Positions 52,180 to 62,127 of a stretch of DNA of 64,000 nucleotides are shown in pieces. This stretch comes from an uncultured Bacillota bacterium (lineage in GTDB: Bacteria > Bacillota > Clostridia > Christensenellales > Borkfalkiaceae). The stretch lies in assembly GCA_949283775.1 (NCBI GenBank), contig CASDTU010000026.1:668-64667 (forward strand), written 5' to 3'. The notes under the pieces are model-generated. The model searched no databases. It saw nothing but the letters and a program-made list of their open reading frames with translations, and had not been told where the DNA came from. Made by a program: the position numbers and the translations under genes. How positions within the stretch are numbered: the first letter of the stretch is position 1; each line of letters starts with the position of its first letter.

Positions 52180-54480
52180 TTAAGCGCCGATGCTGGTCAG
52201 ATCACTGTATCTCTTTTCGTATTTAACTACGATTTTATCGCCATCCAACAGTGTCGTATTGACATCGCTCTGTTTATCGGTCTGATAATTGGATACAACC
52301 GTCTCTTTCTTTGCCTTATAGAAGTAATAGGAGAAGGTACCTTCGATCGTTCTGGAATCGTAATTGAAACCGTCGCTGCCGTAAACTTCTTCGCCCGTAA
52401 ATACGAAGGACACATACAGAATATGCCAGCCGTAATCCGTACCGACTACATAATAGGCTCCCGCACCGTCATCCAGCGCTTTCTGAGCGGCATATTCAAA
52501 CTCCTTTACATAGCTCGTGGAATCTTCTTTCGCTGCGATCGAATAGCCGAAATACGTGTTCAATGCCGCCGTATCCGTCGTATACGCAAACATCAGCTCA
52601 TTGACAGCCGACAGCGCTTTATAGGAAACCGCCGTCGTTTCCTCCGTATCATGGCGCAGATATTCCGCCGCAGAGACATCCTTGACGCCGTTAACGCTTC
52701 CGGTATAATAAATCATCTTGCTGTAATCGATCGTATTGTCCGCGCTGTTCCAGAAATCAGCTGCGCTCAATTGATAAAAATCGTTAATGGAATCGCTCGT
52801 ATCTTCGCCTTTGCTGTTCTTCACATCGCCATAAGCATACGTACCCGAAGCATACCCTGTCTGCCCGCTTGCCGTTGCGCCCGTCACATAATTGATATAT
52901 CCTTCCATTTCCGCAATAAATTCGTCGATCGAAATTTCATTCGGCGTCAATTTATACTTTCCGTCTTTGTCTTTTTCGCCGACCTTTCCGTTGTAAGGAT
53001 ATTTTCCGGCATACCGATCAATGCCGTCTTCCGATTTCACCAGACTGTCTTCAAAGAACAAACAGCTGCTGTTGCTGCCCGAATTGTAATAGTCTACGCC
53101 CTTTTCCGCAGCGTCAAAACTGTAATCTTCCGAACCGTTGAACCAGGAAGAACGCTGATCTGTCGCCTTGATATGCTGGAATAATTTATTCCTTTCGGCA
53201 TAATATTCTTTCGTTTCCGTGCCGAATTTATTTTGCAGTTCTTTCAGCGCCAGATTGGATTGTTCGGAGCTGAACGGGAGCAAAATATTATATACATATC
53301 CGTACGTTCTGCCTTTGGGCGAATATACGATGAAGGTCGTATCGGAAATGCTGTCCATCGTCGTAACAAAATCTGTCTGACTGCTCACTTTCTGCGCATC
53401 TATTTCGTCCTGATATGCCTTTTGGATCGTTGCCTCCGTTACTCTGTCCGACATATCCAACGCCAACGTAGCCGCATATTTTGCAATAACCAACTGCTCC
53501 ATTTGCGTTTTAAGCTCCATCTGATAGTACGCCAAATCGGTAATGGACAGAATATCTTCGCCGTCGGAGATCAGATAATTCTTTTTCAGAGAATCGATAA
53601 AACGGACATAGGCTCTTGCGCGCGTTACTGCCGTGGAACCGTCCACTTTTTCATATTCGCCGCAATCGCTCACTTTATTGTTGCCCGTTGCGGTATAAAT
53701 ATCGTAATCCAATACGCTGCCAGACTCACCCGTCTTTTTCGGATAATAGTAATCGGATTTTTCATTCGCTCCGGTCGGAATCGCGCGCGTCTCTTCGCTC
53801 GACGAATCCGAATCGCTCTGAGCTGAAATAATTTCTTCCTCATATGAATCGATCGCGTCGTTGATAGAAGTTTTGACTACATATTCCGCATAGTTGATCT
53901 CATCCTGCGTGAGGAAATAGGAATATCCCGCAACAGCCGCTTCATCTCCCGTTTTCCCTTCGATCGCATCCAAATAGCCTTCCACGCTGATCTCGCCCTT
54001 CATCTTCATGCCGTTGCTGCCCTGCACCGCTTCATAATACGCATCGGTCGTATCGAAACTCGCACGGTCGACGACCACTTCGCCTGCATTCAGATAATAA
54101 ACGGTAGCGAACTGTGCCGTGATCTTCCGTTCCACAAGGGCGTCCATCAGCATATTGAACACTTCCGAATAACTGCTGCCCTGGGAAACATAGTTGTAGC
54201 CGTAACTCAAAAAATACGCGATCAAATCTCTCTTGTAAATTTCATCCGTTACCGCTATGCTTTTCAGCTGATCGTCGGTCAGGTTCAGCGTCTTATCGCT
54301 TCCGAGCAAACTAAACGCCGTATCCAACGCTTCACGGTCGTTGGTAATGTTGACTTCCGCCACAACCAACTCCATGTCTTTTTTATTATCGGTGGTGATC
54401 AAATCGCAGCCGGCAAACATACCGACCAAAAAGACAACCGCCAATAATCCGCTAATCAATTTTATGAGTTTTTTCTTCAT
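52180..54480 (-). CDS. Expanded PrsA/SurA-like lipoprotein (766 aa) with a degenerate parvulin-like C-terminus
   Basis: The signal peptide MKKKLIKLISGLLAVVFLVGMFAGC has a lipobox. The C-terminal ...YVKEFEYAAQKALDDGAGAYYVVGTDYGWHILYVS resembles the end of a PpiC/parvulin domain (xGYHIIxV). Its position directly after mfd matches the prsA-like gene of many Clostridia. Confidence 0.65.
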   Translation of the reverse strand: MKKKLIKLISGLLAVVFLVGMFAGCDLITTDNKKDMELVVAEVNITNDREALDTAFSLLGSDKTLNLTDDQLKSIAVTDEIYKRDLIAYFLSYGYNYVSQGSSYSEVFNMLMDALVERKITAQFATVYYLNAGEVVVDRASFDTTDAYYEAVQGSNGMKMKGEISVEGYLDAIEGKTGDEAAVAGYSYFLTQDEINYAEYVVKTSINDAIDSYEEEIISAQSDSDSSSEETRAIPTGANEKSDYYYPKKTGESGSVLDYDIYTATGNNKVSDCGEYEKVDGSTAVTRARAYVRFIDSLKKNYLISDGEDILSITDLAYYQMELKTQMEQLVIAKYAATLALDMSDRVTEATIQKAYQDEIDAQKVSSQTDFVTTMDSISDTTFIVYSPKGRTYGYVYNILLPFSSEQSNLALKELQNKFGTETKEYYAERNKLFQHIKATDQRSSWFNGSEDYSFDAAEKGVDYYNSGSNSSCLFFEDSLVKSEDGIDRYAGKYPYNGKVGEKDKDGKYKLTPNEISIDEFIAEMEGYINYVTGATASGQTGYASGTYAYGDVKNSKGEDTSDSINDFYQLSAADFWNSADNTIDYSKMIYYTGSVNGVKDVSAAEYLRHDTEETTAVSYKALSAVNELMFAYTTDTAALNTYFGYSIAAKEDSTSYVKEFEYAAQKALDDGAGAYYVVGTDYGWHILYVSFVFTGEEVYGSDGFNYDSRTIEGTFSYYFYKAKKETVVSNYQTDKQSDVNTTLLDGDKIVVKYEKRYSDLTSIGA

Positions 54481-54589
54481 AGAATCCGCTCCGGTACTTT
54501 ATAGAATCGCAATATACTTTATTATACCTTATTTCACGCAGAAAAGCAATCGTATTTTTATGAAAAACCTGTTAAATTATAGAAAAATT

Positions 54590-57500
54590 CTATGCTTTCA
54601 GGCAGCGGCCTGCATTGTCCGCAAATTTCAGAAAATTTGTCATTTCCAGCATGACTTTCCGCGCGCTCGCCCCTGCGGAAAACTCGATCGCGGGACATTT
54701 CGACATCTCCAAACTCGCTTCGGGATATTGATCCAATGCCGCCGCCAGCCTTTTATCCGCCAGGCTGCTCACGGACGGAAGTTCCATTCGCCCGCCCTTT
54801 TGACTCACGGCGATCTTCCGAACGTTGAATTTGGCGGCAAAGCTCTTCATCACGGCGATGATCAAAAGATTTAAAACCTCGTCCGGCATTTTTCCGTAAT
54901 TTTCTTCCATGGAGACACAGACGCGCTTATAATCGGCGACGCTCCGGATCTCCGCGATCTGTTTGTAGCAATCCAGCCTCGAAGCGCTCGCTTCGATATA
55001 TGTTTCCGGAATGAACGCATCAGCACGGATATCCAGCTCGGCCACCGTCTGCTCTTCGCCTGTCAGCTCCTCTTTCAAAAGTTTTGCATACAGTTCATAC
55101 CCCACTTTATCCATGTGTCCGTGCTGTTCCCTGCCCAATACGTTACCTGCGCCGCGGATCTCCAAGTCCCGCATCGCAATTTTAAAGCCAGATCCGAGCT
55201 CCGTAAATTCCATGATCGCCTGCAAACGTTTGCTCGCCGTCTCCGTCATCACCTTTTCCGGCTTAAACGTGAAATACGCGTGCGCCAGCATCGAACCGCG
55301 CCCTACGCGGCCGCGCAGCTGGTATAACTGCGAAATTCCCAATCTGTCCGCGTCGATCACGATCAGCGTGTTTGCTTTGGGCAGATCGATCCCGTTTTCT
55401 ATGATCGTCGTCGACACCAGAATGTTGGTTTCACCCTTATAAAAATTCATGATGCCGTTTTCCAGAACGTTCTTATCCATTCTGCCGTGCGCCACGCAGA
55501 TACGCCCCTCCGGCACGATCTGTTCGATCTTCGCCGCAAACGAATAGATGCTCTCCACGCGGTTGTATAAGATAAACACCTGCCCTCCGCGCGCAAGCTC
55601 GCGCACGCAGGCGTCGCGGATCAGCGTTTCCGTCTCTTCCACCACATACGTCTGCACGGGCAGGCGGTTGGACGGCGGCGTATCGATCGTCGATATATCC
55701 CGTATCCCCGACAGCGACATATGCAGCGTGCGCGGGATCGGCGTCGCCGTCATCGTCAGACAATCCACCGCCGCTTTCATGTTCTTGATCTTTTCCTTAT
55801 GCTCTACCCCGAAACGCTGCTCTTCGTCCAGGATCAGAATTCCCAAATCTTTGAACTTGACATCCGAAGACAGCAGACGGTGCGTTCCGATGATCAGATC
55901 GACCTCTCCGCGCGCAAGCCGCGCTAAAATTTTATCCTGCTGCTGGGGCGTACGGAATCGGTTCAAGACTTCCACGTTGACCCCGAAATCCGCAAATCGT
56001 TTTCGCGCCGTTTCATAATGCTGCTGACACAGGATCGTATTCGGACACATCAGCGCCGCCTGCTTTCCGTTCAGGATGCAAAGATATGCCGCGCGGAACG
56101 CTACCTCCGTCTTGCCGTATCCGACGTCGCCGCACAAAAGTCTGTCCATCACCTTTTTCGAGCACATGTCCGCTTTGATCTCTTCGATGGACGCAAGCTG
56201 ATCGGGCGTCTCTTCGTATTCGAAAGCCGCTTCGAATTCCGCCATTTCCTCCTCGTACGCCGAAAATTCATAGCCGCGCTTTTCCGCCCGCTCCGCGTAC
56301 AACTTTTTCAGATCGAACGCCATTTTCTTCAAGGACGCCCGAACCCGCTGTTTTACCTTTTCAAACTCCGCGCCGCCGATCTTGGAAAGAGAAGGCGTTT
56401 CCTCGCCCATATAACGGGACAAAATATCCATCTGTTCCACGGGTACATACAGCATATCGCCGCCGCGGTATTCCAAGGCAATGTATTCCTTCGACCCGTC
56501 CGTCGTCTCGATCACTTTCGTACCGGTGATCCGCCCGACTCCGTGCGTTTCATGAACGGCATAATCCCCGACCTCCGGCGACGTAAACATATCGTTGCGC
56601 TTGCGGCGGATACGCTTTTTCGCCGCGGACTTCGTGTACAGATCGCCTGTGCCGATGACGACGAGCTTTTGCTCGTGCAGGATCAATCCGGTATCCAGCT
56701 CTTCTTCCAAGATCGCCGTACCCTTGAAAAGTTCCAACGATTCCGGACATTTGGATACGGGAATCCGCTCGTCTTCGAAAAGCTCGCGCATCTTTTGCGC
56801 GCGGGATGCGGTGCCGCAATACAGCAAAACGCGGTATTGATTGCTGCGCCAACTTCGAATATCGTTCACGAGGTTGGTAAATCCGCTTAGATATTTTCCG
56901 ATCGGGCTGGAATGAAAATTATAGACTTTTAAAGGCTCGAACAAACCCACCGAAGACGCGAAATTCTGCACCGCCGCGCGGCGAACGGAAGAAAAGATCG
57001 ACTCCGCTTCTTCCTTCGATAAATACTGCTCGCGCGTAAAAGAAAACGCTTCCCCTCCGCGCCGCAGAACGGAATACCGCTCTTCATGCTCCTTATACAG
57101 CGCGTTCATCTTTTCCGCAATGCGCTTGCCTTCGTCAAAAATATACAGGGCATCCCCGATAAACGTCTTAAAATCTACCGTATTTTTCAGAAGCGGTAAT
57201 AAGTATCCCGCCCCCGCAAAAGACGTACCCGATTCCAATTTTGCGCAGAGATCTCCCGCGATCGTCTGCGCGCGCTCGTAAGCCGCCGCATCCTTGAACG
57301 ACGGCAATTCCCCGTACAGCGCGTCGCGGATCCCGCCGATCTCATCGCTTTCGATCAGAACGTCCGTCGCCGCCGCGATCTCCGTTTCCTCCACGGTCGG
57401 AAGTCTCTCCCCCGTAACAAAATTGTACGGCTTGATCTTCTCCACCGTGTCGCCGAAAAAATCGACGCGCACGGGATTTTCCGAATTGATCGGAAATATA

Positions 57501-58018
57501 TCCAAAATGTCCCCGTGCAGCGCAAAGTTTCCCTTGCTTTCCACCGTTGCCGAGCGCGTATAGCCAAGCTGAACAAGTTTCAGCGGCAAAGCCGTAAAGT
57601 CGTACTCTTTCCCTTCTTGCAGCGTAAAAAAAGGCACCTTCCGCGGAAACAGCTGCAACAGACTTTCCACGTCGCAGACAATTTTTTGAGCCCCCCTCTG
57701 GATTTCCAGCAAAGCGTTCAGCCTCTTAAATTGCGCGTCTTTGGACACGGCGTCCTTATATAAGAGCACTTCGTCCTTTGCGCAGAGCAGGACGGGCGCT
57801 TCTCCCGCAAAGCCGCCGATCTCCGACGCCATGGATGCCGCCGCCTGCGCGCTGTCCGTAACGTAGACCGTCTTCATCGGTACGCAACACGCCGCAAGAA
57901 GCGCTTTCTGCGCCTGCGACAATCCGAAAACCGCCGTAGGGCTGCCCAAGCGGAAATCTTTTTCCAGCTCAAGATATTCGCCGCCTAAATTATGCGAATG
58001 AAAAAATTGTTTCGGCAT
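54590..58018 (-). CDS. mfd: Transcription-repair coupling factor
   Basis: 1142 aa. It has a UvrB-homology N-terminus, a CarD-like RID (GDYAVHETHGVGR), SF2 helicase motifs (GDVGYGKTEVA, DEEQRFGV) and a TRG motif region. Confidence 0.95.
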   Translation of the reverse strand: MPKQFFHSHNLGGEYLELEKDFRLGSPTAVFGLSQAQKALLAACCVPMKTVYVTDSAQAAASMASEIGGFAGEAPVLLCAKDEVLLYKDAVSKDAQFKRLNALLEIQRGAQKIVCDVESLLQLFPRKVPFFTLQEGKEYDFTALPLKLVQLGYTRSATVESKGNFALHGDILDIFPINSENPVRVDFFGDTVEKIKPYNFVTGERLPTVEETEIAAATDVLIESDEIGGIRDALYGELPSFKDAAAYERAQTIAGDLCAKLESGTSFAGAGYLLPLLKNTVDFKTFIGDALYIFDEGKRIAEKMNALYKEHEERYSVLRRGGEAFSFTREQYLSKEEAESIFSSVRRAAVQNFASSVGLFEPLKVYNFHSSPIGKYLSGFTNLVNDIRSWRSNQYRVLLYCGTASRAQKMRELFEDERIPVSKCPESLELFKGTAILEEELDTGLILHEQKLVVIGTGDLYTKSAAKKRIRRKRNDMFTSPEVGDYAVHETHGVGRITGTKVIETTDGSKEYIALEYRGGDMLYVPVEQMDILSRYMGEETPSLSKIGGAEFEKVKQRVRASLKKMAFDLKKLYAERAEKRGYEFSAYEEEMAEFEAAFEYEETPDQLASIEEIKADMCSKKVMDRLLCGDVGYGKTEVAFRAAYLCILNGKQAALMCPNTILCQQHYETARKRFADFGVNVEVLNRFRTPQQQDKILARLARGEVDLIIGTHRLLSSDVKFKDLGILILDEEQRFGVEHKEKIKNMKAAVDCLTMTATPIPRTLHMSLSGIRDISTIDTPPSNRLPVQTYVVEETETLIRDACVRELARGGQVFILYNRVESIYSFAAKIEQIVPEGRICVAHGRMDKNVLENGIMNFYKGETNILVSTTIIENGIDLPKANTLIVIDADRLGISQLYQLRGRVGRGSMLAHAYFTFKPEKVMTETASKRLQAIMEFTELGSGFKIAMRDLEIRGAGNVLGREQHGHMDKVGYELYAKLLKEELTGEEQTVAELDIRADAFIPETYIEASASRLDCYKQIAEIRSVADYKRVCVSMEENYGKMPDEVLNLLIIAVMKSFAAKFNVRKIAVSQKGGRMELPSVSSLADKRLAAALDQYPEASLEMSKCPAIEFSAGASARKVMLEMTNFLKFADNAGRCLKA

Positions 58019-58080
58019 ATCTTTTCTGCGCCCTCCTTTTTCCGATTTTTCGTCGCTTTCAGCTTTGCCTTCTTACAACA

Positions 58081-58647
58081 TTATTTCCCGTTGTACGCGC
58101 TCATCACGTTTTCGATGCTTTCGCCCTGTGCAAAGCGGATCGCCGCGTCCGCCGCCGCGGAACAGGCGTCCGCAAATAAGGGATAATCCTCTTTGCGGAT
58201 GTCGGCAAGGACATAATTGATGATCGGAATATTGACTTCCGGATCTTTGATGCCGATGCGGATACGCGGAAATTCGCTCGTGCCGATCTCCCCGATAATG
58301 CTCCGCATTCCGTTATGCGTTCCCGCGCTTCCGGATGCGCGGATCCGCAGCTTTCCCTTCGGCATATCAAAATCATCGTAGATCACGAGCAATTCTTGCG
58401 GTTCGACCTTGTATTTTGCCATCAGCTGTTTGACCGCGCGTCCGCTCGCGTTCATGTACGTCACCGGACGGGCAAGAATCACCTTTTCGCCGCCGATAAA
58501 CGCTTCCGCGACCGACGCTTCACACTCTTTCTTTTTAAATTTAACGCCCAATTTGTCCGCCATTTCGCCTATGGCAAGAAAGCCCATATTGTGAAAGGTC
58601 GTTTCATATTTCTTTTCCGGATTTCCTAAACCGACAATTAAATACAT
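58081..58647 (-). CDS. pth: Peptidyl-tRNA hydrolase
   Basis: Start trimmed to the ATG at 58645-58647. MYLIVGLGNPEKKYETTFHNMGF and GSAGTHNGMRSI are Pth signatures. Confidence 0.93.
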   Translation of the reverse strand: MYLIVGLGNPEKKYETTFHNMGFLAIGEMADKLGVKFKKKECEASVAEAFIGGEKVILARPVTYMNASGRAVKQLMAKYKVEPQELLVIYDDFDMPKGKLRIRASGSAGTHNGMRSIIGEIGTSEFPRIRIGIKDPEVNIPIINYVLADIRKEDYPLFADACSAAADAAIRFAQGESIENVMSAYNGK

Positions 58648-58872
58648 ATCTTCCCTCTTTTCTTTGCTCCTTGCTTGCATTGATCTGCCCCGATCTTATT
58701 TGCAGGCACAGTCTTACAAAAATTTCTATGAACGCAGGAACGCCGCGTTTTTTCAAAAACGCGGCAATGTTCGTTTCTATAATATTGTATCGACAGCAAA
58801 ATTCATATCGCTTTCCGATATTTTATTTATTCGCTCTCCGTTCGGCCGTCAAGCATTTTGCTCTTTCGTGTA

Positions 58873-59826
58873 TCAGTCGTAAATTTTCGACATCGGCTTA
58901 TCAAGGTACACGTTCTCGATCGCAGCGGCAAAGATATCCGCAACAGAAATAACTTTGATCTTATCCAGCTTCTTTTCGGGAGGAAGATTGATCGTATCCA
59001 AAATCGCAAGCTCTTTGATCGGCGCTTTTTCCAACCGCTCCATAGCGGGGCCGCTGAATACCGCGTGCGTGCAGCACGCATACACTTCTTTTGCACCGTG
59101 ATCCATCAGCGCCTGCGCGCCCTGGCAGATCGTGCCGGCCGTATCAATCATATCGTCGACCATCAGGCATTTTTTTCCCTCAATGTCGCCGATAATGTTC
59201 ATGACTTCCATCACGTTCGCTTTCGGGCGGCGCTTATCGATGATCGCCATCTGGCAATTCAATTTCATCGCGACGTTCCTCGCACGCGTGACCGAACCGA
59301 TATCGGGCGATACCACCACAAAGTTTTCGTCGATGATCTTTTTCGACTTAAAATAATTATAAAGCGTAGGTCCGCCCAGCAAATGATCGAGCGGAATATT
59401 GAAAAATCCCTGAATCTGCGCTGCGTGCAAATCCATCGTAAGCACACGGTCCGCTCCGGCAGCCGTAATAAGATCCGCTACGAGCTTTGCCGTGATCGGA
59501 TCGCGGGAACGCGCCTTCCTGTCCTGACGGGCATATCCGAAATAGGGCATAACCGCCGTAATGCGTCCCGCACTTGCGCGGCGCGCCGCATCGATCAGGA
59601 TCAAAAGTTCCATCAGGTTGTCGTTGACCGGCGCCGACGTGGACTGAATAATAAACAGATCCCTTCCGCGCACGGTCTCATCCAGATGAACTGCGGTCTC
59701 CCCGTCGCTGAACTGCCCGACTTCCGCTCCGCCAAGTTCCGTGTTCAGCTTCTTTGCGATCGCTTCCGCCAACGGTCTGTTTGAATTGCCCGCAAACAGC
59801 TTGATCTCATTGCCGTGTGTTATCAT
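58873..59826 (-). CDS. prs: Ribose-phosphate pyrophosphokinase
   Basis: Start trimmed to the ATG at 59824-59826 after GGAGGT. Contains [23 protein letters not shown] and the PRPP loop [11 protein letters not shown]. Confidence 0.93.
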   Translation of the reverse strand: MITHGNEIKLFAGNSNRPLAEAIAKKLNTELGGAEVGQFSDGETAVHLDETVRGRDLFIIQSTSAPVNDNLMELLILIDAARRASAGRITAVMPYFGYARQDRKARSRDPITAKLVADLITAAGADRVLTMDLHAAQIQGFFNIPLDHLLGGPTLYNYFKSKKIIDENFVVVSPDIGSVTRARNVAMKLNCQMAIIDKRRPKANVMEVMNIIGDIEGKKCLMVDDMIDTAGTICQGAQALMDHGAKEVYACCTHAVFSGPAMERLEKAPIKELAILDTINLPPEKKLDKIKVISVADIFAAAIENVYLDKPMSKIYD

Positions 59827-60018
59827 GTGTACCTCCGAAATTACGCTATATTTTTCCGGCTTGCGCCGCTTTTTACCAAATAAACGCGATTCGACGGCTT
59901 TTTTTGTAAGCCGACAAAACTTTTTTGCTTTGCCTTCCCCTTTTCGGCAGCGTTTTCTATACGTTGCGCTCTCTAAACGACCGCTCCCGGTTTTCCCCGC
60001 AAAACGATCGGTAATATT

Positions 60019-60047
60019 ATTGTAAAAGTTTTGTAAAAAATAGTCAA
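60019..60047 (-). promoter_or_regulatory. Candidate sigma-A promoter for prs (TTGACT-N17-TACAAT)
   Basis: Minus strand reads ttgactattttttacaaaacttttacaat. The -35 is at 60042-60047 and the -10 at 60019-60024. This leaves a leader of about 185 nt. Confidence 0.5.
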
Positions 60048-60081
60048 ACGTTTTACACGGACAATCCCAATTTCCCAAAAA

Positions 60082-60113
60082 GAAAAAATTTCCTCTGTGA
60101 ATAGAGGAAATTT
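60082..60113 (-). terminator. Intrinsic terminator downstream of tadA
   Basis: Stem aaatttcctct/agaggaaattt (60087-60113), with a U-run on the minus strand. Confidence 0.65.
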
Positions 60114-60238
60114 TTCTGTCTTCCTTTTTATAATTTGACTTTTTTTTCTCGGATTTCGCGCGCAATCCTAAATCTTTCCACGCCGCCGCGGCAAAACTTT
60201 AAATTGCGCACAATTTTTTGGACATTTTTTCGATCGGC

Positions 60239-60742
60239 TCATTTAAAATCTTTCTCCGTCTGTTTTTCTGCTTTTTGCGCCTGAATTTTGCCCGCTTTTA
60301 AACGCATAGACCGAAAAAAATCGGAAAGAAGCGCCGAACATTCCTCTTCCAACACACCTCCCTCCACCTCGAGAGTATGATTCAACAGATTGCTCTGCGC
60401 AAGATCCTGCGTCATCGATCGCCCTTTTTGCTCATAGGCGCCGAAATAAACTTTGCGGATCCGCGCGTTCAACGCCGCGCCCATACACATCGGACAAGGT
60501 TCGAGCGTAACATATAGATCGCAATCGTTCAGCCGCCAGCTCTTCAACTTAGCGCAGGCCCGATCGATCGCGTACATCTCCGCGTGCGACGAGGCCTTTT
60601 GCGTCTTTGCGCGGCGGTTATATCCCGAACCGATGATCTTTCCTTCCAATACTACGACAGCGCCGACGGGCACCTCACCCTGTTTTAAACCGTTTTTCGC
60701 TCTTTTGAGCGCGGCACGCATAAATTTGAATTTATCTTCCAT
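60239..60742 (-). CDS. tadA: tRNA-specific adenosine deaminase
   Basis: Start trimmed to the ATG at 60740-60742. Contains the zinc motifs HAEMYAI and TLEPCPMCMGA. It carries a roughly 20-aa basic C-terminal tail. Confidence 0.9.
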   Translation of the reverse strand: MEDKFKFMRAALKRAKNGLKQGEVPVGAVVVLEGKIIGSGYNRRAKTQKASSHAEMYAIDRACAKLKSWRLNDCDLYVTLEPCPMCMGAALNARIRKVYFGAYEQKGRSMTQDLAQSNLLNHTLEVEGGVLEEECSALLSDFFRSMRLKAGKIQAQKAEKQTEKDFK

Positions 60743-61565
60743 TGAAAAGCTCCTTTGCAAGCCGCACGGCAACTCCTTTGTTTTCTCTGACCAACGCGGA
60801 AAGCGCCCTCTCCGTCAACGGGTGCGCATATTCGTCCGATCCCGCTTCGATCGTAAAGGAAGGGATATTGAGCGCTTTGATACACCAATCTTTATAGCCG
60901 CCGCAGCTCCCGAAAGTTTCCGCGACTCGATAGCCCGTCTCCCGCGACAGGGCGGCGGCAAGGCGCTCCGAGCGCTGTCTTTGCCGCCCTTTCTGGCCGT
61001 AAAACGCGTAGATCTCGGCGCCTTTCGTATGGTAGCTGACCGTAGCGTCGGGTCTGACCTTCCGCGTAAATTTTGCAAGCGCCCGCGTTTCCGGCTCCGA
61101 AAAAGGCTTTGTTCCGATATAATTTTCACTGCCCGGAACCGTCACGTTTTTTACGCCCTTTCCCCAATCCGCCGCAAAATTTACGTTCAGATCCACCGCG
61201 TTTGCATTTGCCTTCCACAGCGAAAAATCTTCTCCGCCGTTGATTTCGATCAATCGCTGCGCGCGCTCTCCCGGCAGCCCCTGCAAAAAATCTGCGCCCC
61301 GAATAGAAAGCGCCGCGCCGTCCGGATTGGTAAGCGGCAAAAACCATGCGCCGCCCTCCGATGCGCCTTCGGCGATTTGTTCGAGCGCCAAAAGCGACGT
61401 TATCCATTCGCGCGCGTGAATGGAGTATTGCAGCAAAATCTGCGGATACCCCCACCCTCCGCTATGCAGCGCTACGAGCGGCTGTCCGCAGACGCTTTGG
61501 CCGTAAATACATTTTTCTCCCGCGTATCGTTCGTAAAAACCGTATACCTTTCCGATCGCATCCAT
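60732..61565 (-). CDS. M14-family zinc carboxypeptidase (gamma-D-glutamyl-diamino acid peptidase-like)
   Basis: Contains IHAREWIT (HxxE zinc site), NPDG, VDLNVNF and SYHTKG (third zinc ligand region). No signal peptide is evident. There is an 11-nt overlap with tadA. Confidence 0.8.
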   Translation of the reverse strand: MDAIGKVYGFYERYAGEKCIYGQSVCGQPLVALHSGGWGYPQILLQYSIHAREWITSLLALEQIAEGASEGGAWFLPLTNPDGAALSIRGADFLQGLPGERAQRLIEINGGEDFSLWKANANAVDLNVNFAADWGKGVKNVTVPGSENYIGTKPFSEPETRALAKFTRKVRPDATVSYHTKGAEIYAFYGQKGRQRQRSERLAAALSRETGYRVAETFGSCGGYKDWCIKALNIPSFTIEAGSDEYAHPLTERALSALVRENKGVAVRLAKELFNGR

Positions 61566-61689
61566 ATTCTATGTATACGGCGCCCGAAATAAATTTGCAA
61601 CTTTTTTCGCTTACAACAGCCCCTGACAGCTTTTGCGCCGAACGGCTCGCTTTGACATCCCTGTCTTTTACTTTCGAGATCCCCGTCTT

Positions 61690-62127
61690 TTACTTATGAT
61701 ACTCGCTTCCCGAATTGATCATAAACGCGCGGTAGATCTGTTCGCACAGTATCACGCGCATCAACTGATGCGGAAAAGTCATATCCGAAAAAGAAAGCAG
61801 CTCCTGACATTGCCGCTTCACCCGCTCGTCCATGCCGCAGGAAGAGCCGATCACAAAAGTGATCTCTTTTCCCGCATCGCACAGCGCGCGTATCTGCCGC
61901 GCAAACCCCTCGCTGGAAGTCTTTTTTCCCTCTACGGCAAGCGCTATGCTGTACCCTTTCAGCTCCGACAATAAAAGCGGCGCCTCTTCCGCCAATGTGC
62001 GCTTTTCGGGAAGCTCCCGCACCGTTACGCTCGCAAAACGGCTCAGCCGCTTTAAATATTCCGCCACGGCGTCCGCGTAAAATTTTTCTTTACACTTCCC
62101 TATACAAACTAAATTGATCTTTTGCAT
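61690..62127 (-). CDS. rlmH: 23S rRNA (pseudouridine1915-N3)-methyltransferase
   Basis: 145 aa with a SPOUT fold. MQKINLVCIGKCKEKF...FVIGSSCGMDE...LSFSDMTFPHQLMRVIL.EQIYRAF is a typical RlmH pattern. Confidence 0.9.
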   Translation of the reverse strand: MQKINLVCIGKCKEKFYADAVAEYLKRLSRFASVTVRELPEKRTLAEEAPLLLSELKGYSIALAVEGKKTSSEGFARQIRALCDAGKEITFVIGSSCGMDERVKRQCQELLSFSDMTFPHQLMRVILCEQIYRAFMINSGSEYHK

